A stretch of DNA of 60,965 nt, the filler included, from Squatina squatina (taxonomy: Eukaryota): assembly GCA_031763465.1 (NCBI GenBank). It is 3 parts of 3 records of this genome, joined end to end, with 100 filler letters (N's around TTAATTAATTAA, not from the genome) between each part and the next. Parts side by side here need not be neighbours in the genome. Positions count along the whole stretch, not along the records: positions 1 to 29,328 come from JARFOE010000013.1; 2 more parts are not named here. One strand, 5' to 3'. This document shows, one piece after another, positions 1-12,177 of this stretch (position 1 is the first letter of the stretch; every line of letters begins with the position of its first letter). Position numbers and translations under genes: made by a program. The notes beneath the pieces are model-generated. The model did not search any database, was not told the origin of the DNA, and was given only the letters and a program-made list of their open reading frames with translations.

Positions 1-1094
1 TGAACTTATTTTTGTCTTTTTTGATCGAATCTAACTACTGACTAGAAAGTAACTGCTAATAACAAAAAAAAATTTAAGTCAGTCGCAGTTTATTAGTAGC
101 TACTGTTGACACCTGAAATGCCAATCACAACAGAATTAAGGAGAAATTAATTGCTTAGATGCTTGCATATGGTTATTTTTGCTAGTGTAAGTTTTTTTTG
201 CAATTACTGACTCTGTTGGGTTTTGAATGTAATTTGATCATGGCAGAATTTAATAGCTGATTTCTTAATTCACTATTAAATCTCATTCAATTAAGGTAAA
301 TGGGTGGCTTCATGGCATTCTTGGCATTTTTACTACTTGATGTATTATTTTCACTTGGGGCTGGCTAGGATTCACTATTGACTTGCTTGTGAGCTGTGGC
401 AATTTTGAAAAAATGGTCGAAGAGAAATTCATGAAGCTTCTTCGTGCTTTTTTAATGTAAATATATGCATAGAAGACTGGCTATCTTTGTAACATTTTAA
501 AGCACATGCCTGTAATTTTCAGTGGTGTACCTATTAAATTACAGTCTAGTGCTATTTCTTGGCAATTGTTTGGAATCAACAAATATTAGTTGCTAGTCAG
601 AGCCAAGACAGCCAAATTTGTGACCGCAAAACACACAGAAATAAATACAATATGGAGTACATGGCAATTGGCATATGGGCACAGATTTCTTTTCAAATGA
701 ATCCATTTTTAACAGCTTTAATTGTTGCATAGAGAAGAGCCAGTAGAGTATTGTTAAAATGGCTTACAGTATGCACTCTCGCTAGTTGTAAAAATCAAAA
801 TATTTGCATTAAAAATGTTATAACATTACGGATACCGACTTTACTAGTGGACTGCTGTGGCATGCTTATTTTAAAGTGGAGGATATGTTCTCTCTCTTAA
901 CTGTTTCTGCTGCTTCTCTCCTTGTTTCTCTATTCCTCATCCTCTCTCCCTTTTGTTTCTGCTATTCTATATTCAGGTCGCATGCGTTTGTTCTCAGAAT
1001 ATCTACCTCTCTCTCTCTCACTTTCTCTTCCCTCTCCCCACATGTCTGTCTTTCTCTATGCTCTCTCTCGGCCTCTCTCTCTCTTGCCCTCTCG

Positions 1095-1262
1095 AACATG
1101 AGTAGGCCATACAGGCCCTCGAGCTTGCTCTGCCATTCAGTAAGATTATGGCTGATCTTCGATGTCAACTTCACTTTCCCACCTTATCCACACATCCCTT
1201 GATTCCCCTGGAGTTCAAAAATCTATCTATCTCTCCACCTTGAATATATTCAATGACTGAGT
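1095..1262 (-). mobile_element. CR1-clade LINE 3' end fragment
   Basis: gagtaggccatacaggccctcgagcttgctctgccattc...atggctgatct...aatgactgag; clearly homologous to the 4525-4806 copy. Confidence 0.75.
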
Positions 1263-1557
1263 TAGCTATGCTTCAAGGCTCATCTTGATTCCGGAATAGA
1301 TTTGGTTTAATTACGTATTGCTGATTTTGGTTTCTGTAATGATGTTAAACGTTGTCTTCAATTTGTGTTCCATTTTAGACCTATCTTCTTGCAAGCTGTG
1401 CTTCAGATAGAAATATTGTTCTATATGATACAAGGCAGGCAACCCCCTTGAAGAAGGTATGACATTTAATTCTCCATTTGTATCAAATTGAATAGAATTA
1501 AAATGTGACACATCTCTGTTTGTTTATTTTTAACACACTCAAATTTTATTTTGACAG

Positions 1558-1640
1558 GTTGTCATGGACCTGCGGACTAACACTGTGTGTTGGAACCCCT
1601 TGGAAGCTTTTATTTTTACTGGAGCGAATGAGGATTACAA
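1558..1640 (+). CDS. DCAF13: DCAF13 (WDSOF1/Sof1) internal coding exon, WD40 region
   Basis: ttgacag|GTT...TACAA|gtaatt splice sites; 83 nt; translates VVMDLRTNTVCWNPLEAFIFTGANEDY(N), matching vertebrate DCAF13 VILDMRTNTICWNPMEAFIFTAANEDYN; DCAF13 lies upstream of RIMS2 in vertebrates. Not in the ORF track. Confidence 0.93.
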
Positions 1641-3559
1641 GTAATTCCTTGTGTAAAAAGATTAGAATTATTGTATAAAGCAGAGAGCAAGGAAAGTGGA
1701 TGGATCTGTGCTTGTGTGGGAGTATAGTGGATGCCTTACAGTTTAGTTCTGAGAGCCATACAAGAGTATTCCATGTAACTATCTTAAAATAAAGATGAGA
1801 TGCAGGAAGTAGTATGCAATAGGTTTGGTTGCAGACTGTTTTACTAAATTATTCCTTATAAGAGTCAGGTTTATTCAAATGCAGGTCACCATTATGGAAT
1901 TTGTTTATAATTCTTGAAACTGGACTTGCTAGTTTCTCTGGCTGGATGGGGTGTTATAAGAGTCCCAGNNNNNNNNNNNNNNNNNNNNNNNNNNNNNNNN
2001 NNNNNNNNNNNNNNNNNNNNNNNNNNNNNNNNNNNNNNNNNNNNNNNNNNNNNNNNNNNNNNNNNNNNACAAGCAGGAGCTTGCTACTCGAATGATTAAA
2101 CAACGATACAGATGAGTTACCGGAGCTTCTCATCAATTTGGTTGGGAAACCGAGGGACTATCATCAGCTTGGTTGAATTGCTGCCTGATCAATGATCTGA
2201 TATGTTGCTTATGGCACTGAGCAACTCATTGTAGCATGTGGTCGCTGAAATGTCTGGGAAAATACACCCACCCCCTGCTTCACATATACGCAACTGAACA
2301 AGCTTCACAAGGGCATTAACAATCAAATCAGATCCACAGCACCAATAAGAGCATCAAAAACAAAAGTGGCCAGGCGTGAGAAAAAATAATCAATCCCTTA
2401 AAAATAACCTTAATAACAACAAATGTTACCAAATTTATATTAAAAAAATAATCAGGAGTATTAATGTAATAAGCCATCATGCAAATGCCCTTCCTTCTCC
2501 CTGTTAGGCGCCCACTGTTTAGGTGAATATCCCACATAGCAGACTGTATGCACCGCTGCTGTAAGCGAGGCTTCACAGTCTGATCTTTTTAAAGAATGAG
2601 AATTCAACATAAATCTCAGTGATTCAAGACCACCAGCTCTCACCAACAGTGATTCTCAGAAGTAGTGTGACGATTTATTATTCGAACAAAAAATATCATA
2701 ATTAGAATTTTATCTTATCACAATTGACATTAAATAGGTTCTGTACTGGGGAGACTGAATTTGTCATAAAGTTCTTGTTGCACAGTTCCATTACATTTTT
2801 GCCAGAGATCTAACTCTGGCAATTTTAGATTTTCATTTGCTTTGTGAATCAACTGTACAATTGATTGCTATTTGCCTTGATTTATAGCCACTGTGATTTA
2901 GAAAATGCACGTAAGCTACAGTTTACCATCAGTTCAGGGGAAAAAAAACATACTGATTGAGACTTGAAATACTGCCAAGAAGAGCTAATACAGATGTTGT
3001 TGACTTTTAGACTGTATGTAACAGCAACAGAAAACAATTAGTTGATGTAATTGCACAATAGTAATATCACAAAGTTAAATTTGGAAAGTCAGCACAAATC
3101 AGTACAAAGACACACTTTATATGACAAGGGATATTACCCAGTTCACACTTTGATACTAGAAGAAGTTCAGATCAACTGAATTAATTCGTTCCATTTCTAA
3201 ATGTTTAAACAAACAAAGATTGACCTGATTTGTATAAAATATATGTTATTAACATCATCAATTAAATATCTGACTATCAACTAAATAAATTACCTGTGGA
3301 ATTCTCTACCACAGAAGGNNNNNNNNNNNNNNNNNNNNNNNNNNNNNNNNNNNNNNNNNNNNNNNNNNNNNNNNNNNNNNNNNNNNNNNNNNNNNNNNNN
3401 NNNNNNNNNNNNNNNNNNAGAGCTGTATCAGCTGGCAGCCCTGCTGAACAGGATCCAAAAGGTTAGTTCCTCTTTCATTTTCTTGGGGTGCAAAGAGCAG
3501 GAGTCTTTTTCCAGTTCCACAAAATGAGCCTGGGTCACTGCCTGACTCCGATTCCCTTG

Positions 3560-3835
3560 CCCCCCAGACATCTGGTCATTCCCCTCCGCTCCAGAAATCA
3601 GGCGCTCCAGACATCGGCCCCGCTTCCAGACATGCCCCTCTCCATCCCCCCGGACATTGGGATACCCCCCGACCCTCCAGGCATGGGGGGGGAAGGGGGG
3701 GCCCTCCTTCCAGACGACGGGGACACCCACCCTACAGATATCGGGGGGTTTCCCTCCAGACGTCGAGAACACCCACCCTCCAGATATCGGGGGGCCCCCC
3801 CCCTCCAGACATCAAGGACACCCACCCTCCAGATG
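3560..3835. repeat. Degenerate GC-rich minisatellite (about 21-23 bp, core ccctccagacatcgggg)
   Basis: Recurring ccagacat/ccagatat cores separated by C and G runs. Confidence 0.7.
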
Positions 3836-4524
3836 ATGTAAGAAAAGCCCCTCAATGCACCAGTGCGGCATTTCTGTTTCATTTCCCGCCATAACCATCC
3901 ATGGGCTTTTCTGAGTGACTTAAAAATAGTGCCAAATTGGAGGCAGTTTTGAACTGTGGCCAATACGAACTAGATATAGGACTCTTATGGTCAGTAGACA
4001 GAGCAACCTTCCATTCCAACAGCCAAGCCAGGATAAGAATCCGAATCCCAAAGGTAAAGGCCAGTGTCTAACGTGGCGTCCAGTTTCAAAATGCCATTTT
4101 TGTTCATGCTTTTCATCTCTACAGAAAAGTTCTTACTTTTTTCACAGCCTTAGTGTAGAATCTGGTTAATTGTATCTTCGTATTAATCACCCCACTGGTG
4201 CAACAAAATAATCCCAAAATATACCCAAATGGAAATAGTTACTGGTATGGCCCGACCCGTTTCCCAGCCTGTCAGTTTAATGTATCACTGGGTAATCATT
4301 TTAACCCAATAGGGTTTTCAATCAGTTTTTCGTTCCATTTCTCTGATTCAGTAAACTTATTTCTGACGATGAATATGTGATATATATATAATTATATGTG
4401 TGTGTCGGTGTGGTCTGGAACGGGTGTAAAGTTTAAGGATTTCACTTGAACCGATTGTCAAGTCCTTCAGAAACTCCCCGAGCTTTTGCACAGTTTTATG
4501 AGATGACTTCCTATTATGGGAGTA

Positions 4525-4806
4525 ACATAAGAACATAAGAAATAGGAGCAGGAGAAGGCCCTTCAGCCCCTCGAGCCTGCTCCACCATTCAACAAGATCA
4601 TGGCTGATCTTCTACCATTTTCCTTCCCTATCCCCAAACCCCTTGATCCCCTTAATATCTAGAAGTCTATCAATCTCTGTTTTGAATGTATTCAATGACT
4701 GAGCCTCCACAGCCCTCTGGAGTAGAGAATTCCAACGGTTCAGCACCCTCTGAGTGAAGAAATTTCCCCTCATCTCAGTCCTAAATAGCCTACCCCTTAT
4801 TCTGAG
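4525..4806 (-). mobile_element. CR1-clade LINE 3' end (3' UTR and end of ORF2)
   Basis: Begins with terminal repeat aacataagaacataagaaataggagcaggag; then ggcc...cagcccctcgagcctgctcc and gtagagaattcca...caccctctgagtgaagaaatttcccctcatctc, typical of the elasmobranch CR1 tail. Confidence 0.85.
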
Positions 4807-5639
4807 TCACTGCCGATTTGTGCAAGTCAACGTAATTTATTCCTGCCCGTCTCTGAAGTCGAGAGGAATTAATTCTATACAGGCCTGTCAACATTCGAGC
4901 ACTTAATGCTCTTCCTTCCCTGCGCTGTCAGATCTTTCACAACAGCCCCGCATAAAAATACACCAAGGTGACGGCTGGTACTGTCCAGTTTAAAGCAGTG
5001 TTGTTATTTATTTTTATTTTTCGGAGCTGTTAATCCAAGTATGCACTCAGCCACGTGACTGTTCTCCAGACAGTACAAAGGGACCTTGAGGAAGTTGTCT
5101 GAAGTATTCTGGAGAGAGTGCAGCCACGCTGCTCGCTGTCCCAGCTCCTGTATTCACAACCACATGCAAACTGAGCATGCAAAGGGAATCCAGGGACCTG
5201 ATTTAAATGTTCCACTTCCTGCATTTTTAAAAGTATAAACAATTATCAACAATTTATTAACTTATGGTTTAATAATGAAGAGCGTTTCTTTCATCCTTTT
5301 ACTTCATCCTTGCTCGGAAAATGTAAATTGCTCCTGGATAAATAAATCCGGCTCCTCTCCACAACGTGTGCGCAACTGTAAATTGGGCCCCTGAAATGCA
5401 GGTTTATTTTTTGAGATTTCAAAGTATATGNNNNNNNNNNGTTTAATCCAAATAAGTGTGGCGCAAAATGATAGACAATAAAGCGAATAACCCGCTGCCA
5501 CTGCAAATTTAAATGCACCAGGTCTCTCCTAGCGAGCAAAAGATAAATAGGTCTGAACTTAAAATGATAAAAAATGATGATTAATGCTCATGCTACTGTG
5601 TGACTCAATAGTGTCTTCCAGAGAGAGAGATGCATGCAT

Positions 5640-6324
5640 GCAAACCGATTTTTAATCCTGGCAGATAGAACTGACCTTTTAATTGCATCTTATGCCACTG
5701 ATGCCGAACGGAGTGTGAGTGCTGCCTGTGCTTGGGGTCAGACAAGTTGAGGGTGACGGTGGGTGGGTGCGGGAGCTGAGCCCAGTCCGGTTTGACAGGC
5801 GCTCCAGGTCCGGATCGACAATCCGCTCCGGAGTTTGCGGTGAGTTGGCTGTCTATGAAGGCGCGCTTGGGCTCTGTGTGTGTGTCTCTCTGTGTCTCCC
5901 TCTCTCACTCAATACACCCTTCTAGCTCTGTGTGTTACATCTGGGAACCAGACTCCGCCTTCTCTTTCCTTTTTTAAATTTAAAAATAACTTTTTTTGTG
6001 TGTTTGTATTTTTCTTCCACCCACCCTCCCCAATTTTCCCCTTGGAAAGGCAGGCAGGATGCAACAGAAAAAAAATGTGATGATGTTGGGTTAACAGAGA
6101 GAGAGATAGACAACAAGATACAATGCATCGCCCTTCCTAACTCGACATAGGGTTTTTTTTTTGGTTGCGGATTCACCCCCTCCTTTCCTGAAAAGTCCAC
6201 ATGCATAAATGGAGAGAGAGAATTATGAAGCGAATTGCAGCCAGGGCTGGAGATAATCTCGGTGTGACTGGGACTGGACGCCTGCTGCAGGACTCTGTGC
6301 CCTGCCCTCCTCCCCACTCTGATT
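5640..6324 (+). promoter_or_regulatory. Candidate RIMS2 promoter / 5' UTR region
   Basis: Local CpG/GC enrichment at about 5700-5880; donor-like GCG|GTGAGT at 5839/5840; lies between DCAF13 and the first visible RIMS2 exon; RIMS2 coding exon 1 is not visible and may lie in the gap 6325-6852. Confidence 0.4.
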
Positions 6325-6852
6325 NNNNNNNNNNNNNNNNNNNNNNNNNNNNNNNNNNNNNNNNNNNNNNNNNNNNNNNNNNNNNNNNNNNNNNNNNNNN
6401 NNNNNNNNNNNNNNNNNNNNNNNNNNNNNNNNNNNNNNNNNNNNNNNNNNNNNNNNNNNNNNNNNNNNNNNNNNNNNNNNNNNNNNNNNNNNNNNNNNNN
6501 NNNNNNNNNNNNNNNNNNNNNNNNNNNNNNNNNNNNNNNNNNNNNNNNNNNNNNNNNNNNNNNNNNNNNNNNNNNNNNNNNNNNNNNNNNNNNNNNNNNN
6601 NNNNNNNNNNNNNNNNNNNNNNNNNNNNNNNNNNNNNNNNNNNNNNNNNNNNNNNNNNNNNNNNNNNNNNNNNNNNNNNNNNNNNNNNNNNNNNNNNNNN
6701 NNNNNNNNNNNNNNNNNNNNNNNNNNNNNNNNNNNNNNNNNNNNNNNNNNNNNNNNNNNNNNNNNNNNNNNNNNNNNNNNNNNNNNNNNNNNNNNNNNNN
6801 NNNNNNNNNNNNNNNNNNNNNNNNNNNNNNNNNNNNNNNNNNNNNNNNNNNN

Positions 6853-7040
6853 AACATGGCCAGCCAGGGTGATGACATCATTAAAATATGGCCGTGCATG
6901 GTGATGGCATCATTAAAACATGGCCACCCAGGGTGATGACATCATTAAAATATGGCCGTGCATGGTGATGGCATCATTAAAACATGTCCGCCCAGGGTGA
7001 TGACATCATTTAAACATGGCTGCCTGCCCGGTGACATCAC
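6853..7040. repeat. 32-bp tandem repeat with alternating A/B units (64-bp higher order), about 6 units visible
   Basis: aacatggccagccagggtgatgacatcattaa alternates with aatatggccgtgcatggtgatggcatcattaa; units start at 6853, 6885, 6917, 6949, 6981, 7013. Confidence 0.93.
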
Positions 7041-7059
7041 CAGTCCCTGTTCGATGAGC

Positions 7060-7412
7060 AGGGAGAGAGAGAGAGAGAGCAATTGAGAGGAAGAGAGAGA
7101 GAGACAGAGCGATGGAGAGGGAGAGAGAGAGAGACAGAACGATGGAGAGGGAGAGGGAGAGAGACAGTGACAGAGTGAGAAAGAGAGTCAGAGCGGTAGA
7201 GAGGGAGAGAGCGATGGACGGGGTGAGAGAGAGGGAGACAGAGTGATGGAGAAGGAGAGAAAGAGAGAGAGTGATAGAGAGGGAGAGAGAGAGCGATGGA
7301 GGGGGCTAGAGAGAGAGAGGGCGACAGAGAGATGGAGAAAGAGAGGAGAGAGACAGAGCGATGGAGAGGGTGGAAGGGAGAGAGAGATAGGGAGAGAAAG
7401 AGAGCAATGGAG
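7060..7412. repeat. GA-rich microsatellite/minisatellite (agagcgatggagagggagaga-like units)
   Basis: Near-pure purine tract with repeated gcgatggagag cores. Confidence 0.9.
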
Positions 7413-10309
7413 AACTGAAGGCCACACAGCATATAGGCAGCCAGAACTGGGACAATTTACATCGTGTGTGTAAGAAAGTGTGGGAGGGTTATCAAAAGTC
7501 ATTTAACTGTTCATCAAGTTAAATGCTTCTATTTTTGGTCATTTCATTCTTACGGTAACCTGAACCTCAAAAAGATTATAAGGCACAGTCACCTGCAGCA
7601 GCTGGGGCTAGTTGAAAGGTGTTGGTGTCATACTCCACTGAAGTGTTGCAGTGGTTATGCATTTTAAATTAATTCACTTACTCCAAAATGCTGCTGTCTT
7701 CCTACTAGTCATTCAGTCTCTTAATACATTTACATTTGCTCTGAAATTCATATCATCATTATCTCTTCTTTGTGATAAGAGAGGACGGCTTGCTCCTGTA
7801 ATGTTTTCTTTTAAAATTAAATTGATGGGTCCAGTGTCGTCTTTAATTATTTAGATTGTGGATTCAGAGAATGCAAGAAGAATATGAAGTATTAGTTACC
7901 TGGTGGTGAATCTGCCTCAGTTCAGTTTCATGGCTTTTTAATGTCACAGTTTATTGTGTGATACCCCTTGTGTGATGTTTTGCTGTTTGTGATGTTGCAG
8001 AATGACATTGAAAGTTGTACAATAAGTGCTCGTTATTCAAAGTTCTGAAGTCATATTCACTCCCAGTGCTGTATAAAGTGGAGCGACAGTTTTAAGAATG
8101 TGCTAACCTTTTGAGTTGGGGGTTTGTATCCGAGTGTATGACAAATTTTCATCTTAACACTAAGAAAGAAATCCATTTTAAACCAAACATTTTTGCCTTT
8201 TCTCAAATGGATGTTAAACTTCTCTATCTTGTTTGTCTGACTGTGTGCTTGAAATCTTGATTTTTTAAAATGTTACATCTGTTGTGCACGATGTACATTC
8301 TAAGAATGCAATATAGGTGCGATATTTGACGAGTCATCAACTAAGAAAAAAAGCAATGTAAGACAATATATAGTTTATGCTTTCCTGGAAATTGTACATT
8401 TTAAACAGGGATATAAGTGAAAAGGTGAGAAGGTGAAAAGATTATCCATAAACTTGCAGTTTCAATNNNNNNNNNNNNNNNNNNNNNNNNNNNNNNNNNN
8501 NNNNNNNNNNNNNNNNNNNNNNNNNNNNNNNNNNNNNNNNNNNNNNNNNNNNNNNNNNNNNNNNNNNNNNNNNNNNNNNNNNNNNNNNNNNNNNNNNNNN
8601 NNNNNNNNNNNNNNNNNNNNNNNNNNNNNNNNNNNNNNNNNNNNNNNNNNNNNNNNNNNNNNNNNNNNNNNNNNNNNNNNNNNNNNNNNNNNNNNNNNNN
8701 NNNNNNNNNNNNNNNNNNNNNNNNNNNNNNNNNNNNNNNNNNNNNNNNNNNNNNNNNNNNNNNNNNNNNNNNNNNNNNNNNNNNNNNNNNNNNNNNNNNN
8801 NNNNNNNNNNNNNNNNNNNNNNNNNNNNNNNNNNNNNNNNNNNNNNNNNNNNNNNNNNNNNNNNNNNNNNNNNNNNNNNNNNNNNNNNNNNNNNNNNNNN
8901 NNNNNNNNNNNNNNNNNNNNNNNNNNNNNNNNNNNNNNNNNNNNNNNNNNNNNNNNNNNNNNNNNNNNNNNNNNNNNNNNNNNNNNNNNNNNNNNNNNNN
9001 NNNNNNNNNNNNNNNNNNNNNNNNNNNNNNNNNNNNNNNNNNNNNNNNNNNNNNNNNNNNNNNNNNNNNNNNNNNNNNNNNNNNNNNNNNNNNNNNNNNN
9101 NNNNNNNNNNNNNNNNNNNNNNNNNNNNNNNNNNNNNNNNNNNNNNNNNNNNNNNNNNNNNNNNNNNNNNNNNNNNNNNNNNNNNNNNNNNNNNNNNNNN
9201 NNNNNNNNNNNNNNNNNNNNNNNNNNNNNNNNNNNNNNNNNNNNNNNNNNNNNNNNNNNNNNNNNNNNNNNNNNNNNNNNNNNNNNNNNNNNNNNNNNNN
9301 NNNNNNNNNNNNNNNNNNNNNNNNNNNNNNNNNATAACTTTTCATACATGTGATGTAAAATGTAGTATTCTGACTGTTATTCCCAAGTAATCATGTGGAG
9401 ATTATATTTTGATAATTTTGCAGTGATTATGTCCCAATTATTAATCCTTCAATGACAACATTTTTGTGGATCAATGATGTGGAACTCATTGGCTTTTCCC
9501 GTCTGCCATGGGACTCACTGCTATTGCAAAAGAAAAACTCAATAAAATAAACTCACACATTTTAATTTAGATGGCTATTATAAAGTGCTCATGCCTCATT
9601 CTCATAGGTTATACTGTCACCTGAACCACTTGATGAGATTACTGCCTTGTAATCACTCTAGGTATCTATTATTCTGTATATAGTTTTTGCCAATAATGTA
9701 ACTTCCTTTGCCGATGTAAAATGTATTTCAGTGGTCTTGATCCATTTTCTGTTTCATTGAGGGTTATGGCTATCATATTTCACATATCCTGCTATATCTA
9801 TTTACAGAATACCAATATCACAATAGTCAAACATTAGTGATAATGTAAAGAATTTGTAATAGCAAGGGAGAAAAGACTGTGGGCCCAATTTTTCAACCCC
9901 CCCCCCCAACAATATGCAGACAAAATTCTCACTTTTGTGTAGTTTCTTTCCCTTTTCCTATTGTATTCTGCCTTACGCTCCTCATTTGCTGAAGGAATTG
10001 ACACTTTCCCTGGTACCATGTCCAACTAGCCTTTCTTCATGTGTAAGTCAGTGGTGGAGGAATTAGGAAAAAAAGGGAAAAGGACAGCAAATCAGAAGTT
10101 CGGAAAGTGGGACATAAATATATAGCTATAAATGTATATTTATGATCAAAAATTACTTGATAAAGGAAAACATATGAATGACAGTTCAGTAGAAAGGATG
10201 TTTCTTTGAAAATATGGATAATAATTCCTGTATGTAGAATTTATAAATTAACAGCAAAGATTGAACTCTGATCTCTTTTTGTCACTATTATTGTAAATTN
10301 NNNNNNNNN

Positions 10310-10640
10310 AGTGAGGTTGTCCAATGATCAGCTGAACCATAAAGACTAGAAAGATCACAGGTTCAATCCCTGGTCTGTGCTGAGTTAGCGGACCTCAGAC
10401 AGGCTGGTGTTAGGATGATACAATTGATCTTTGTGTCCTAGACAGAGCTCCCACTCGAGACCGCATCTTCTATTGGAAGTGCACATATACAGATATCCAG
10501 TGAGTACAGGATTGGGATACATGCTGATGCCTGTGGTTCAATAGCTAGCTCAGGTTCTATGCCAAGCCTCACATGCACATATCCCATACTTGGGGGAGGT
10601 ATTGTGTACTGGGTATTGGAGGAGGGAAGCATGGAATCTT
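10310..10640 (+). mobile_element. Old tRNA-derived SINE-like repeat (second family)
   Basis: B-box-like ggttcaatccctggtctgtgctgagttagc; related copies at about 44300-44590 (+), 13600-13910 (-) and 34250-34580 (+, partial). Confidence 0.6.
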
Positions 10641-12109
10641 TTTAAAAAACAATTAAAAACTGAACAATGAACAGGGTGGAACAATAGATTAGAACACTCA
10701 CATCTGAGTCATGGAAGTGTATGTAGTGTAGATAGATGAGCCATAAGTCTCCTTCTTCTGCCAACTGTAAGGATCTTAGTAGATATGAATCCATAACACA
10801 AGACTTCCTATAATGGCCCAGTTTTTGCTATGAAAATTATGGTGAGGCTAACCGTGCTCACCATTACCTCTGTTCAAATTGGGCAGTAACCTCTGCCAAC
10901 TGCACCTATGCAGTTAAACGTGGAATTCCGGAAGTTGCTGTCCGAGATGCCCTGTTGCTCCAAACACTTCCTAAAAACTGTATCTAGCTGTCTGACTCAA
11001 CATTCAAATCCACTGAATGGCGTGAAGTTACCTCAAAGATACAGACTAAACTCGCCAGAAAAAGTTGGGGCTTGTCCATTCCAGTGTAAGTACACTTTTA
11101 ACAGCGTGGTAAGTCTTAATTATTGGCAATTAATTATTATTTGGCACAGAAAATTGACTTTTACAAGCGTGAAGTCTCATCCCTTCAGATTTTAATTATT
11201 GTTGGAGATTAAAAAAAACAATTTANNNNNNNNNNNNNNNNNNNNNNNNNNNNNNNNNNNNNNNNNNNNNNNNNNNNNNNNNNNNNNNNNNNNNNNNNNN
11301 NNNNNNNNNNNNNNNNNNNNNNNNNCCTAAATCAGCAATTACCTGTGAAATCATCAATTTTACATTTCACAATAACTGGTAAAATTACAATAACCAGTGC
11401 CTGTCTTAAGCGTTGCTCTGCCATATAAAACACTACCCAGAGTAATCAGATGACATTAGGATGAGACTGGGCATTTTTCTTTGAAGTATAATATTATTTT
11501 GGGATTTGCGTTGGTTTGATAATATAAAAAACCATTACATACTAAAGCTGAACACATTAACAAATCTTGCTATGAGGCCGTACAGCCTTAAAATGTGGTA
11601 CTGTAAGTTTGTTCAAGCATATCGGCCAGATGGCTAGCTCCACAGCTCAGGCAAAGCATGACCCTGGCATTAACCTTCAGAGGTCTGCCAAATTGCATCA
11701 GACTATAAAGGACATCTTACATTCACTCAATGCGAATGGCTTCTTTCCCAATTGTTACTTTTCATTTATATGTGCTGTAGAGTCTTAGGACCAAGTGGAT
11801 TATCCATGTTCATTTCGTGCAGATTTCTTCAAGGCTGAAGTAGGCTATAGTCTTTCCAGTCAAGTTTCCAATAATCACTTGTACTTTTTCTCAAGCAGCC
11901 TGAATTTATGCTGTGGGATAATAAAGTATACATGTTGAAATTCCTTCCAGTGTTAATTTAACAGAGAGTTAACCCGCTTGAAATAAATGCCAAAGTGTAA
12001 TTTCAGGGGCTAAATTTTTCCTTTTTTTTCTCATCCTTTGTAGGGCCCAGAACCCTGTGCTGCTGAAAGAATGGATAAGCAGCCTACCCCAGGCCTCCAT
12101 TTGTGCTTT

Positions 12110-12177
12110 TTTTTAATGGGATGTGGGCATCGCTGGCAGGGCCAGCATTTATTGCCCATCCCAAATTGCCCTTGAGA
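12110..12177 (-). mobile_element. Non-LTR retrotransposon 3' terminus abutting gap
   Basis: gggatgtgggcatcgctggc...ccagcatttattgcccatccc.aattgcccttgaga next to a T run (poly-A on minus); a common shark LINE tail. Confidence 0.6.

Noticed and set aside
3428-3963. Pro/Gly-rich ORFs on both strands
   Set aside because: Produced by a GC-rich minisatellite with variable unit length; no consistent frame or recognisable domain
3919-4053. Open frame LEAVLNCGQYELDIGLLWSVDRATFHSNSQARIRIRIPK ending at a donor-like aag|gtaaag
   Set aside because: In-frame TGA at 3916, no convincing acceptor and no recognisable homology
6853-7040. 32-bp partly palindromic repeats as a CRISPR array
   Set aside because: Units are head-to-tail with no unique spacers, there are no cas genes and the context is vertebrate
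7037-7502. Ser/Leu-rich and Glu/Arg-rich ORFs (also 876-1202, 34992-35238, 50985-51395)
   Set aside because: Translations of GA/CT microsatellite or purine-rich sequence
5922-9353. Long ORFs (220-340 aa) here and at 47274-48300
   Set aside because: They consist almost entirely of N-gap translation (X); artefacts, apart from the ALLC codons at 48223-48276
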